A stretch of 42,466 nt of DNA from Callorhinchus milii (lineage: Eukaryota): positions 1-42,466 of the forward strand of contig NW_024705463.1 of assembly GCF_018977255.1 (NCBI RefSeq). Direction: 5' to 3'. Made by a program: the position numbers and the translations under genes. Shown here in pieces: positions 23,316-34,847 of this stretch (position 1 is its first letter; every line of letters starts with the position of its first letter). The notes beneath the pieces are model-generated. The model was not told the DNA's origin and made no database searches. It worked only from the letters and a program-made list of their open reading frames with translations.

Positions 23316-23654
23316 TATTGCGCTGCTAAAAGTTGTTGGCTCAGTCGGCATGGTCAGTGTTTGACCGTTAGTGTTGTGTACAGGTAGGCTAAGCAACTGT
23401 GGAGAGTGTGTGGACAAAACTGTGGAAGTTGATAAACAAAAGGTGCCTCCTACGAACCTTGTCTCCGAATCATTGAAACTACAAATGGACAATGTACATA
23501 CATGATATATATCTTGTGTGTTGATTAACTGTGAATAACCCAACCAATAGTAGATATCAATTGTAATTTATATAAATACACGAACCCCCCATCCCCTGGT
23601 CTCCGAACCTGATTGGCTCACAAGTGATGACATCGCATTTATTTATTTATTTAA

Positions 23655-23915
23655 GAACAATTCTGGCTGTGGCCTGATGAAGCTGGTTGCAATTACCGGT
23701 GAAATGTCATACTCAAATTGTAAATGTTGTGGGTTTCCTCTCCAACACACCGGTTTGCTGAACTAGTAATATCTAATTGGCATGTTTTGTTTATGTGAAA
23801 ACCTTACCAATTGGCGGTGTTGGGTGGTGGTGGGTTTAATGACACATTCATATTGTCACGATCTAACTCCAAAAAAAACCTCTAATTTGGAATAATAATA
23901 GTCGCAAAAGCCTAA
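23655..23915 (+). mobile_element. 3' end of a second Penelope-like family with a degenerate hammerhead (23674-23708)
   Basis: CTGATGA-A-GCTGGT-TGCAATT-ACCGGT-GAAATGTC; related copies at 27950-28370, 33995-34175 and 38640-38765. Confidence 0.55.
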
Positions 23916-24503
23916 GTGTTAACCTGCTGTAAATTATTATTACCATCACAAGGTGACTTGATGGAGGATATAAATCAATTTTAGCAGGCCGGGGTGTAGC
24001 AATGCTCATGACACATTGCCAGGCAACTCTGTCCTGGGTTACACACCATGCTGAGTGCAGGCCGCTAGATTACGATGCCTGAGATCGGCCTCAATCGTGC
24101 GCGTTCAGGTCAGCCTCGGCCTGCCCCTGGGCCACCTCTAATCCTGAGTAAGGCCATCAATGATTGCACACAGTGCTCTGGTGGAATCATCCAATGCGTC
24201 AGCCCTGCAATGTGTCCACAGAGCCAGATCATCCTGGCTGTGACTGCTTCAGACAGCAACTGTCATGCTGTTCATCGATGGACTCCGGTATTTGAGATAC
24301 ATTCGCAGAGTGAATGTGAAGTGTCCGTCACAAGCAACACTGGTCAAAGGCGTCCAGTTCTCTATATGAGGATATGCCCTATTCTAGGTCATATATTTAG
24401 TTAGAATGTAAATCCATGCAGTTGATAACAAATAGGCTCAAACCCATTCCTTGCAGAAATGTTAAAAGTATACGCAATTGCATCATTATCGGTTGCCTTA
24501 TAC

Positions 24504-24707
24504 CAGGAGTGGGGAACATGTTTTCTGCCAAGGGCCATTGGACATTTATAACATCATTCTCCGGCCATGCAAAAGTATAAACTTAAAGATTATCCCGTTA
24601 TATTTGGTCAAAACATTTAATTAACTCACCCCTAATGTGATGGCTGGAACTGCCAAATGATTTCGCGAGTTTTATGCGGCCCGCGGGCCGGACGTTCCCC
24701 ACCCCTG
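24504..24707. mobile_element. hAT (Charlie-like) MITE
   Basis: TIRs CAGGAGTGGGGAAC / GTTCCCCACCCCTG; 8-bp TSD CCTTATAC / CCTTATAT. Confidence 0.85.
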
Positions 24708-25219
24708 CCTTATATGCACAACACCAAGATTCAGTCATTAATACATCACAATGAATGCAAACTGAAATGCAAGTAAAACAAGTTTTAACATTCCATTACG
24801 TATGAATTGTCTATTGTATACTTGGGTGTGTGATGAAACAGTTTTCCCTGCGTTCCCTGTCATATATCTTCAAGGCAACTCTTGTGTTCTAGAATTAAAG
24901 AGCTAAGATTTTCTATGAAATTTTATCACAATCTTTACTACTTTTAAGTGTTAGTTTTTACTCCAATGCACTTTTATTTTATCAAACCCATAAAAGTCAT
25001 TCGAGTTATCCCGTATACAGCTTTGCAGTGGTACTAAAAATAAACGTGTGTTATAAACGTTGCATTTTAAATCCACATTCAAGCAGCAATATAAATAATG
25101 TATTGATATTTCCAATGACACTGAAGGTTCACTTGAATCTACGGAGTTGTCCTCATAGAGAGAGTCACAGACTTTACGCAGGGTGGAGGCCACGAGATTA
25201 CAGAGCCCACAGGTCGTAC

Positions 25220-25315
25220 CTGCACGTCTTTGCGAGTGGCCTTCATCTGTCCCACAGATGCCTCCGCTTTCTTCCTCTTCTCATCCACCGCTCGCGTCTC
25301 TTCTCCGACTCTACT
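25220..25315 (-). CDS. TRIM gene A exon 2 (96 nt, coiled coil): SRVGEETRAVDEKRKKAEASVGQMKATRKDVQ
   Basis: Acceptor TCTCTTACAG, donor GTACGA; phase 0-0; 96-nt exon typical of TRIM coiled-coil regions. Confidence 0.85.
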
Positions 25316-25784
25316 CTGTAAGAGACGAAGTCACCAGAGGAGACTCCACTCCTTGAGCGGCTCCCTCTCAGCCCCACTCCACACAGAGCCCTCCACAGTG
25401 ACAGCTCTAGAATTGCCCACCAGAAGAGTGCCATGGAAGTCAGCCTGGACTGACTTAACAGTCTGTAAGCAAGAAGGCACAATGAAGAGAGAATAATAAC
25501 TTCATGTTTTCTTTAATGCGATGTGGAAGTTGCGAATTTGTCAGCTCGTGTCCAGGTGTTGTAGAGGCCACAGCAGGGGACAGGGACATGATCGTTCAAC
25601 ACAATGTCTCTTCACTTCACGAGCAACGCCCAAACACGGCGTTCCTCCAGCACGGCTCACTCAAAAAGCCTCGACCCACCCTCCTCCTCCCTGCACTCAA
25701 ACTCCTGTCCCTTCCTTTCCCTGCCAAAACCGAATGGCTACCTTGAACTGAAGCGATCCCATTCTCACACCGTGAGGTACTCAC

Positions 25785-26341
25785 CTTCCGTGTCTCATGC
25801 TCATCCTCCAGTGTGACGGCATCATGCCCTCTATGTTCTCCGATAATGGTACAGGTCATGCACACCAGGCTCGCGTCCTGCTTGCAGTAGAATTTGAGCT
25901 CCTCTTTGTGCTTCTTGCATCTTCTTTCCTCCAAGCTGACAATGGGAGCCACCAGGACGTGGTCCATCAACTTGGGGTTTTCAGATGAGGTTTCAGGTGG
26001 GACTCACAGAAGGAAGTCTCACACCTGATGCAGGTCTTCACTGCAGGAGTCTCCCCATCATCACAGGTGTCACAGAAGACAACTCCGGCCATCCTCTTTC
26101 CAACTCTGAGCTGGTCCACCAGGTTGGCGAGCGCCACGTTCCTCTTCATCTGGGGCCGCTCAGGGAAGGCCGCTCGGCACTGCGGGCAGCTGAAGCTGCT
26201 CGCTCTCTCCCAGACACCGTCCAGACACCGGAGGCAGAACGAGTGTCCGCAGCTCAGCGTGGAGGGGCAGTCAAACGTGCCCAGGCAGATGGGGCAGCTG
26301 AGCTCACTGTCGACACAATCACTGGGAGACGCGCTCGCCAT
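25785..26341 (-). CDS. TRIM gene A exon 1 (RING, B-box1, B-box2; TRIM16/25/finTRIM-like) with one apparent frameshift at ~25980
   Basis: CPIC..CGHSFC..C..CPQC; CDTC..CIRC..FCESH..PH; CKKH..YC..VC..C..H..H; donor AAG|GTGAGT at 25784. Confidence 0.9.
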
Positions 26342-26409
26342 GGCCCATGGCTTCACTCGGACTCAGTCGCTCGCCGCGGCTCACAGAAGAGCTATCGCAG
26401 CAGCTGCTC

Positions 26410-26548
26410 ACACAGCGGAGACGAACAAGAAAATGAACTGACTTCACCTGCAGTGAAGTTATAAATACCTCGAGACACGCCCTGGAATGTTCCACACGGC
26501 GGCTGGGCTCACCTGTGTAGACGTGGCGTTACAGTCACGCACTGTGTT
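26410..26548 (-). promoter_or_regulatory. Core promoter of TRIM gene A; a second copy of this module lies at 27640-27780
   Basis: TATTTATAA about 125 nt upstream of ATG; conserved in all four copies (also 38930-39075 and 40305-40447). Confidence 0.55.
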
Positions 26549-27209
26549 AGCTAAAATTGCTTTTTGTGTTTAGATGTCGTTCCCCTGCACTTCCGATTAG
26601 CACGGTTGGCTACGTACGGTGCGGAAGAAGTTCAACATACATAGCTTTGACTGGTCTCAAGTGATATAATATTTGTACAAACAAAACCCAGCAGCAGCCA
26701 GGGACACAGCGATAATGGTTTGTCCCACAAGCTGGTGAACCGGCGAGGTCAGGCTGTATGCATTGCACAATGGAACCGCACCTTGTACAAACATTCTGAT
26801 GTAAAGGTTAACTTGTTTTTTCCCATCTGTGTCTTTATCAATTTTTTCTTGCAAGGCCTTTTTTTAAGGTTTGCAGTCTGTAATCGTCTTCCACCTTTAT
26901 CAGATAATATTTCAACTACTGGCTTCATGCGTCCTCCTACCACACCGTTTTATTCTGGGTGGACGGTGGTTGTATGCATTATTACAGCTAACAGCCTCTG
27001 GCTAAACAAAACATCGTCGTTCGTTTAAGCTCAATATCGGTATGACTATCACTGTACATTTTCCTAATATGCATCAACAAATCTTGCTCAATGTTTAAAA
27101 TCAACATCACGTAAACAAAAAAGGTCTTCATCACCTATTCTTGTCAAAGTTGACATTTTTAATCCTGGACTCGCTGAGTTTGGCAGATTCGATAAATAAA
27201 TAAAAATTT

Positions 27210-27620
27210 CACAAGGTAAGGTCCACTGAGCTACGTAGCTCTTTTTCCAAAGGCGACCTGGTCACAAATGAAAGCCCAGCGAAGTGGCTTTTCCCGTGGA
27301 CATTTTCTCAGCAAAAAACTCTAAACGCGCGATGTGGATCCTAAATGTCGAGGGGAAAGCGGAGGGAGCAGAGAAAAGTCCACAGGACCACGGCAAGAGA
27401 GACATGCAAACTCCAAATATACAGCAGCAGGCGTCAGGGTCGGGATCGAACCCACGACCGCACGTATACCAGGCGAGGTAGTTAACATCTCCGAGCCACC
27501 GTGATGATGATGAGAGAGAGACATGCAGACTCCAAATATACAGCAGGCGTCAGGGTCTGGATCGAACCCGCGACCTCCTGTATACCGGGCGAGGTAGTTA
27601 ACATCTCAGAGCCACTGCAG
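27210..27620 (-). mobile_element. tRNA-derived SINE with duplicated head
   Basis: B-box GGTTCGATCC twice (about 27442-27452 and 27559-27568), each followed by GGAGT(T/C)TGCATGTCTCTC. Confidence 0.75.
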
Positions 27621-27949
27621 CTAGATGTAAAAAAAAAAATCACAGAGCAGCCGCGATGAACAAGCAAACAACCTGACTTCACCTGCAGTTAAATTATGAA
27701 CACCACGAGACGCGCTCTGGAATGTTCCCTGCGGCAGCCCTGCTCACATGTGTAGACGTGGCGTTACATTCACACACAATGTGTCAGGGAGCAAGAGTCG
27801 CAATTTATATATTTATACAAAAACCCCATGGTAACCATGAACACGGTGATGGTTTTTTCCACAGACAAGTTACACCAGATAGGGTGAGGCTGGGTTTCTT
27901 CAGAGTAAACTGCACGTTGTAAATTCTTATTAAAGTTTTAAAGTTATAC

Positions 27950-28370
27950 ATAGGCTTTCTCGAGCAATATTATCCGTAATATTTGTTTTATTTTGGGTTA
28001 GATTGCGTAAATATAAAAATGTCGTTAACCCCGCCACTACCTGACACAGCCCATGAATTAGTTTGTCACTTTAACAGAACAGTCCGATTAGTTACTATAG
28101 CACACCGGTTGTGTGTTGGAAAGTAAACCCACATCATTTACCTTTTGACAATTCTGGCTATTGCCTGATGAAGCTGGTTGTAATCACCAGCAATACGTCA
28201 TACTCGAATTGTCATCATTGTGGATTTACTCTCCAATACACCACCGGTGTGCTGAAGTAGTAACTAATTGGCACTTTTTATTTAAGTGACAAACCTTACG
28301 GATTGGCTGTGTCAGGTGGTGGCAGCTTTAACGACACATTTGTAATCACGCAGTCTAACCCTAAAAATTA
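27950..28370. mobile_element. Inverted pair of second-family Penelope-like ends with degenerate hammerhead at 28165-28199
   Basis: 27996-28140 is the reverse complement of ~28205-28362; tail present on one arm only. Confidence 0.6.
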
Positions 28371-29264
28371 TACTCGTCGCAGTCATTACCATTTATTTGT
28401 TCAGCATCTGTGTCTTAGAATTCAAAATTTGTAATTGTTTCAAATCTACAGCAACTTAATGTGTTCAATCTGTGCCTCGTGATCTCTGATTGTCATTTGT
28501 AAAATCATTTTTTTCTTGGGATGCGGTTTTAGTCCTGGTGGTTGGCGATCGGCTGGGTAGGTGAGTCGGTGGGCAGGTGAATAGGTTGTCGGGTTGAGCA
28601 GGTGGGCGGGTGGGGAGATGGGTTGGTGTGTGAATGGATGGGCACCTATGCAGGTGTAATAAATCCGCTCCAGACGAGACCGTGTCTTTTCTTTATTCGT
28701 TCCTCATTCACAGCTCCCTCACATGCTGGGTTCCTCTTTTTCCCGTTAGTCCATTCCCGAGCGTGGCGTCCGCTCGCTGCCTCGCTTCCCCACACCGCTG
28801 GTTGACGATGTGTGTCGGAGACAGCCTCCGGCCCGCCACGTGGTCGTTGGCGTGCCGGTGACACAGACGTGGTTCCTCCTCAGCCCCTCTCCACACTGAC
28901 CCGGAGCTGTCTCTCTCCACCCCTTATAACACCTGGCCCACGTGATACCACGCAGCCAATCATCAGCCTCGCCCTCTGGAACCTTCCAGATGTTGTTATG
29001 CAGCCACAGGCCACGCCCCTGGCTCGACGTCCCATTGGCTGCGGGCTGAGGCCGGCAGAGCCTATCACTATGGCCCAGTTACCCCCCAGGTGCATCTCTT
29101 CATATTACACAGGTATGAGATGAGTGTGGGCTGGCGGGGAGATGTGAGGTGGGGAGGTCTCTGTTGATGGCTGGGTGGGTCGTGGGTTAGGGAGTGGCAG
29201 ATGACCGGGTGGGAGGGTGTTTGGTGCAGATGAGTGGGTGTTGGTTGTTAACTTTTTCATCATG

Positions 29265-29575
29265 ATCTTAGGTTTTTTTTGGTAAAGTCACGTAGGTAAA
29301 AATAAATAATAAAAATAAAAGAACTAATAATAGAAATAAAATTAAAAATCACGACGTTTCGGAGGCAACACAAGTCTCCGTCATCAGGTGGGACCGTCAC
29401 AGCCAGATTTACTGTATCAAGTGAGGAATTTTGCCTCGTCGTGATTTATAATTTTATTGCTATTATTATTTCTATTATTTTAATTTTATTATTTATTTTT
29501 ACCTACGTGACTTTACCGAAAAAAATAAACCTAAGTGTATGAATCCTTGCAGTCACGAAAGCTAAAAATCTAGAA
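29265..29575. mobile_element. Fold-back Penelope-end insertion with 12-bp TSD and hammerhead (29349-29390, minus)
   Basis: TTTTTCATCATG at 29253-29264 and 29576-29587; CAC-CTGATGA-C-GGAGAC-TTGTGTT-GCCTCC-GAAACGTC-GTG. Confidence 0.8.
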
Positions 29576-30060
29576 TTTTTCATCATGGTTATTATTATTT
29601 TCATCCACTTCATCATCATCCATCTACCTACTCACATGAATGGCTGCTTAGCCCTCCGCCCCACTGCTTCAGCGAAAGATCTTCACTCCGTAGTCCTCTG
29701 CAAACGACGCAAGTCTCGGTACTCCCCCGGTCAAACGGCCCCAGACGTCGCCGTCGCGGTTGTCGAGGTGGCAGGAGTCGAACTCTCCATGCCGCTACTC
29801 ACGCTCCTCATGTGAGATCGTCCGTCTGTTGTATCTATTGTGATGAAATGATAAATTAAATGTAAAAATGAAAATATGATTAAAAAATATGATTAAATTT
29901 TTTTTTTTAATGTATTACGTAAAATATGTTAACATGTGTAATTAAGTGTTATTAACTGGAAATGTGTTAAGTGTAATTCATGTGTGTTCAAAATTATTAT
30001 TGGACGTGATTGTGTGTGATTATGTGTGAGTGAGTTATGTGTTTGTGATTATGTGAGTGA

Positions 30061-31925
30061 TTGTGTGTGTGCAGTTATTATGTGATTGTGTGTGTGTGCA
30101 GTTATTATGTGATTGTGTGTGTGTGCAGTTATTATGTGATTGTGTGTGTGTGCAGTTATTATGTGATTGTGTGTGTGCAGTTATTATGTGATTGTGTGTG
30201 TGTGCAGTTATTATGTGATTGTGTGTGTGTGCAGTTATTATGTGATTGTGTGAGTGCAGTTATTAGGTGATTGTGTGTGTGCAGTTATTATGTGATTGTG
30301 TGTGTGTGCAGTTATTATGTGATTGTGTGTGTGCAGTTATCATGTGATTGTGTGTGTGCAGTTATTATGTGATTGTGTGTGTGCAGTTATTATGTGATTG
30401 TGTGTGTGCAGTTATTATGTGATTGTGTGTGTGCAGTTATTATGTGATTGTGTGTGTGCAGTTATTATGTGATTGTGTGTGTGTGCAGTTATTATGTGAT
30501 TCTGTGTGTGCAGTTATTATGTGATTGTGTGTGTGTGCAGTTATTATGTGATTGTGTGTGTGCAGTTATTATGTGATTGTGTGTGTGCAGTTATTATGTG
30601 ATTGTGTGTGTGTGCAGTTATTATGTGATTGTGTGTGTGCAGTTATCATGTGATTGTGTGTGTGCAGTTATTATGTGATTGTGTGTGTGTGTGCAGTTAT
30701 TATGTGATTGTGTGTGTGTGCAGTTATTATGTGATTGTGTGTGTGCAGTTATTATGTGATTGTGTGTGTGTGTGCAGTTATTATGTGATTGTGTGTGTGC
30801 AGTTATTATGTGATTGTGTGTGTGCAGTTATTATGTGATTGTGTGTGTGTGCAGTTATTATGTGATTGTGTGTGTGCAGTTATTATGTGATTGTGTGTGT
30901 GCAGTTATTATGTGATTGTGTGTGTGTGCAGTTATTATGTGATTGTGTGTGTGCAGTTATTATGTGATTGTGTGTGTGCAGTTATTATGTGATTGTGTGT
31001 GTGCAGTTATTATGTGATTGTGTGTGTGTGCAGTTATTATGTGATTGTGTGTGTGCAGTTATTATGTGATTGTGTGTGTGCAGTTATTATGTAATTGTGT
31101 GTGTGTGCAGTTATTATGTGATTGTGTGTGTGTGCAGTTATTATGTGATTGTGTGTGTGTGTGCAGTTATTATGTGATTGTGTGAGTGCAGTTATTATGT
31201 GATTGTGTGTGTGCAGTTATTACGTGATTGTGTTTGTGTGCAGTTATTATGTGATTGTGTGTGTGCAGTTATCATGTGATTGTGTGTGTGCAGTTATTAT
31301 GTGATTGTGTGTGTGCAGTTATTATGTGATTGTGTGTGTGCAGTTATTATGTGATTGTGTGTGTGCAGTTATTATGTGATTGTGTGTGTGTGCAGTTATT
31401 ATGTGATTGTGTGTGTGCAGTTATTATGTGATTGTGTGTGTGCAGTTATTATGTGATTGTGTGTGTGTGCAGTTATTATGTGATTGTGTGTGTGCAGTTA
31501 TTATGTGATTGTGTGTGTGCAGTTATTATGTGATTGTGTGTGTGTGCAGTTATTATGTGATTGTGTGTGTGCAGTTATTATGTGATTGTGTGTGTGCAGT
31601 TATTATGTGATTGTGTGTGTGTGCAGTTATTATGTGATTGTGTGTGTGCAGTTATTATGTGATTGTGTGTGTGCAGTTATTATGTGATTGTGTGTGTGTG
31701 CAGTTATTATGTGATTGTGTGTGTGTGCAGTTATTATGTGATTGTGTGTGTGTGCAGTTATTATGTGATTGTGTGTGTGCAGTTATTATGTGATTGTGTG
31801 TGTGCAGTTATTATGTGATTGTGTGTGTGCAGTTATTATGTGATTGTGTGTGTGCAGTTATTATGTGATTGTGTGTGTGCAGTTATTATGTGATTGTGTG
31901 TGTGCAGTTATTATGTGATTGTGTG
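30061..31925 (+). repeat. Minisatellite, 25-29 bp unit CAGTTATTATGTGAT(TG)n, roughly 70 copies
   Basis: Direct tandem repetition; unit length varies by TG dinucleotides. Confidence 0.98.
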
Positions 31926-32123
31926 ATTATTAAGTGGGGTCGATTATTAGTATTGGCTCTCTCGTTGTCTAGGGGTTTGTGTGCGTGTGATTATGTTTTT
32001 GTGATTATTATTGATTATTATTGACCTCCTGTCAGCGGGCATTCGACACTTCACGTGGCCTCAAGGTACACATGGCCTGGCACAAGCGTCGTGGTAACGT
32101 CACTGCTACTTAGTGGCGAATGG

Positions 32124-32153
32124 NNNNNNNNNNNNNNNNNNNNNNNNNNNNNN
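32124..32153. other. Assembly gap (30 N)
   Basis: Run of N. Confidence 1.
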
Positions 32154-34454
32154 TAGCTTATAACTGAAGGGAGTAGAGTTTAGAACGATCCTGACTGGTC
32201 TGGACCTACGCCAGGGGCCTGCGGGCACTCCCAAGAGGACTAATATGACGCGAGCTGTGACATCGGTCGGGAGGCCGGAGATCTATTGCGGACAATTAAA
32301 ATCGGCAATGGTCTGTATATCTTCAATCTTTACTAGGGGTCCTCAGTCTGAAGTTCGTATAAAAGTAAACGCCGGAGTCTAAAAACGTTGGCCTGGCTGA
32401 CGGGGTGGTTCCTGGAAGAGGCCAAATTCAAGACCCCACCGCGCCATGCAGAATGTCCAATCCCTCTTTGGGACGGCCCTCTGACGAGCATAACGGGTGC
32501 AATCGCATACGTTGGCTGATTGTTAGCAGTATCTGGTCATTTGTTTGGACCACCTACTGCTGGAGCTACTTTTCGGACTACGGATCCATTTGCGTAGGAT
32601 ATCTATCTGAACTAAGAAAGGGAGTGTGGGTTGATTGGTGTCACGTCATTCAATCCAGCTGAAGCGTTTAAATGTTGTTTATGCCATGCGATGGATCCAA
32701 TCGCGAAGAACCGAGACCAAGATATCGTGATTGCCAGCGGACGCCCCCTGCGGCTGCCTGTGATGGCGGCGCCTCAGCGGGAGCTGGATACCGGAAGGGG
32801 CAGCGGATAAATAACCCTATTCATCCGACCACATTGCGGTAACTAAAGGCAGGTATAAATCAAGGATGAGCGCCTGTAGAGCGAAAGCGCAAGGCGTTGA
32901 TATACGGAGGTCAAACTGTTACCTATTCTTCCATGGATCCTATAATAGTTCGTTCGATACGCTTTGGCCGGATACTCTGCAGTAGCCTGTTCTTGTTTTC
33001 TCCAGATCGTCGTCTCTTGACGTTCCAAGGTTCTCGATAAATGCATGTTCCAACGTAGAGTGGACCCGTATACACTATTAGGTCATCAGTACGACTACGA
33101 GGAGTACCTGGAGTGTGTCTGTCCGTCCATACGTGTTTCGAAGGAGCATACTGAGTCGGATCGGGCAACCGTCACAGACTACTCGTTTTGTCTTTCCTTT
33201 TCTATTTGTGTTATCATAATCAATAGTTCGATAATGGATATACCCATGCGCGATGCGACACTGTGTGTCGATGCAAGAAGTACTAGTTCACGGCTGTACA
33301 GAATTATGGTATTCTAAAATTAGTTGTGTTATGCCTGAGCCTCACCACAACAGTCCGCGGAGAGTTAAGATCTTTTTGGGAGAAAGTCGTTGCTAGAACC
33401 AGAAACTGAGTTAGGGGCCACTTGGCAATAGATGCCTTTTCTGCTCTTAAAACCTGCACACTGTGCACCGGCGGACAGTGGGGCTCAAGGCAGTCTGATG
33501 TTATCTCATCTAACTGCCTTTAAGTACGCAAGACAGCGGCTGATTGTTCAAACTAAAAGGGAGCCACCAAATACAAAGTCGATTATATACGAAGGGAGAG
33601 CAGAGCCTGTAGGAATGCTCATAGTTAGGGTATAGAGCACCCCATCGAAGTCTAATCATATGACTGGCCACGCGAGCACGAATCGGATTTGAAGATCGTA
33701 TGGTTGTAGTACATCGGCGCCCCTTATGCAGTCTCAGTTATGTCGTAAGCGTCAGCATACATGGACTTAGGAGTTAACAGTTCTAATAGGTAGTTCCGAA
33801 GCATGACTTACGCACAGTCGTTTCGTCTTTCCGTAGTTAAGTGTAGACGACCGATTCCCCCACCTATTTGTTTAACACTCGTCGACTACAGATAGCTATA
33901 TAACATTTTCCAGTGCGGAGTGTATCAACGGGAACCTACGGACGCGCTGGAGACCGCACCAGTGGCCAGTTTAAAGTCGGGCAGGTACATTTAAGCGAAA
34001 CGTCGTACTACTCAAATTTTAAAATGCTGTTGATTCTCTCTTCAGCACACCGGTGGGCTAAAGAAGTGAATTATTTTGTCCTTTGAAAACGTGACACATT
34101 TTTTACTGTTTGGCCCTGTCGGGTGGTGGAGGGTTACGACACATTTATAAATAACGCGATCTGACCCAAAAACCTATATTATGAGCTTCATGGTCATCCA
34201 TTACCTGCTGCGCTGCACCTTTGTAGGTTATCAGCACGCCAGGCTCGACCAGCAGTCAGAATCCTCTGTGGCTAAGTTGCTCATCATTCCTTGTCAGCAG
34301 CTGCAATGCTTCGCGTGAGCACCCTTGGTGCCCCCCACTTCCCTCGGTAGGTCTCCTGCTGTGCCCGCTGGTCTCACTGCGCTTAGCTCTCTCCAGAACT
34401 CATCAAGACTCTTATCATCAGAGTATCAGTCACTTGGTCAACTGAACTTTTCCA

Positions 34455-34629
34455 TACTCTTTGGTTCTTTCGGTAAAGTCACGTAGGTGGAAAAAATAAA
34501 TTAAAAAATAATAAAAGTAAGTATTTAATAAACTTTATTATTTATATTTTTTTTTTTTCACCTACGTGACTTTACCGAAAGAACCAAAGAGTATGGATCA
34601 TTGCAGTCACGAAAACTTAAAATCAATAA
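34455..34629. mobile_element. Fold-back Penelope-end mini-insertion with 12-bp TSD
   Basis: Near-perfect ~45-bp inverted arms; TGAACTTTTCCA at 34443-34454 and 34630-34641. Confidence 0.85.
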
Positions 34630-34847
34630 TGAACTTTTCCAGCCTACAGCTTGGACAACATTTCATGCATTCTCGATATTCGTGTATATACAAAATCTCT
34701 ACTTGACATCTCATCACAGTATTATATGAAAATACATTCGCACACCTCTTAGCTTCTCACAATTTTAGCTTAGTAAAGTAATATTGAAGTCCTTTACTCT
34801 GCACGTGACTCAAAACATAAGGAAAAACGGAGAATTAAACCATCAGC

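Larger units (their letters stand above)
24995..28080. repeat. Inverted segmental duplication; partner at ~38640-42058
   Basis: Promoter, SINE, exon 1, exon 2 and flanking intron match in reverse complement (e.g. 26410-26548 vs 40305-40447). Confidence 0.9.

Noticed and set aside
24000..24290. Old LINE 3' fragment on the minus strand
   Set aside because: Only faint GH..R/GRP-like similarity; too degraded to support.
27440..27505. tRNA gene
   Set aside because: A/B boxes belong to SINE heads; no cloverleaf.
30061..30838. Cys/Val-rich ORFs
   Set aside because: Translations of the minisatellite.
32405..33635. Short ORFs or a viroid-like rod fold in the random-looking block
   Set aside because: ORF lengths are at chance level, no motifs, and no end-to-end complementarity or periodic repeat was found.
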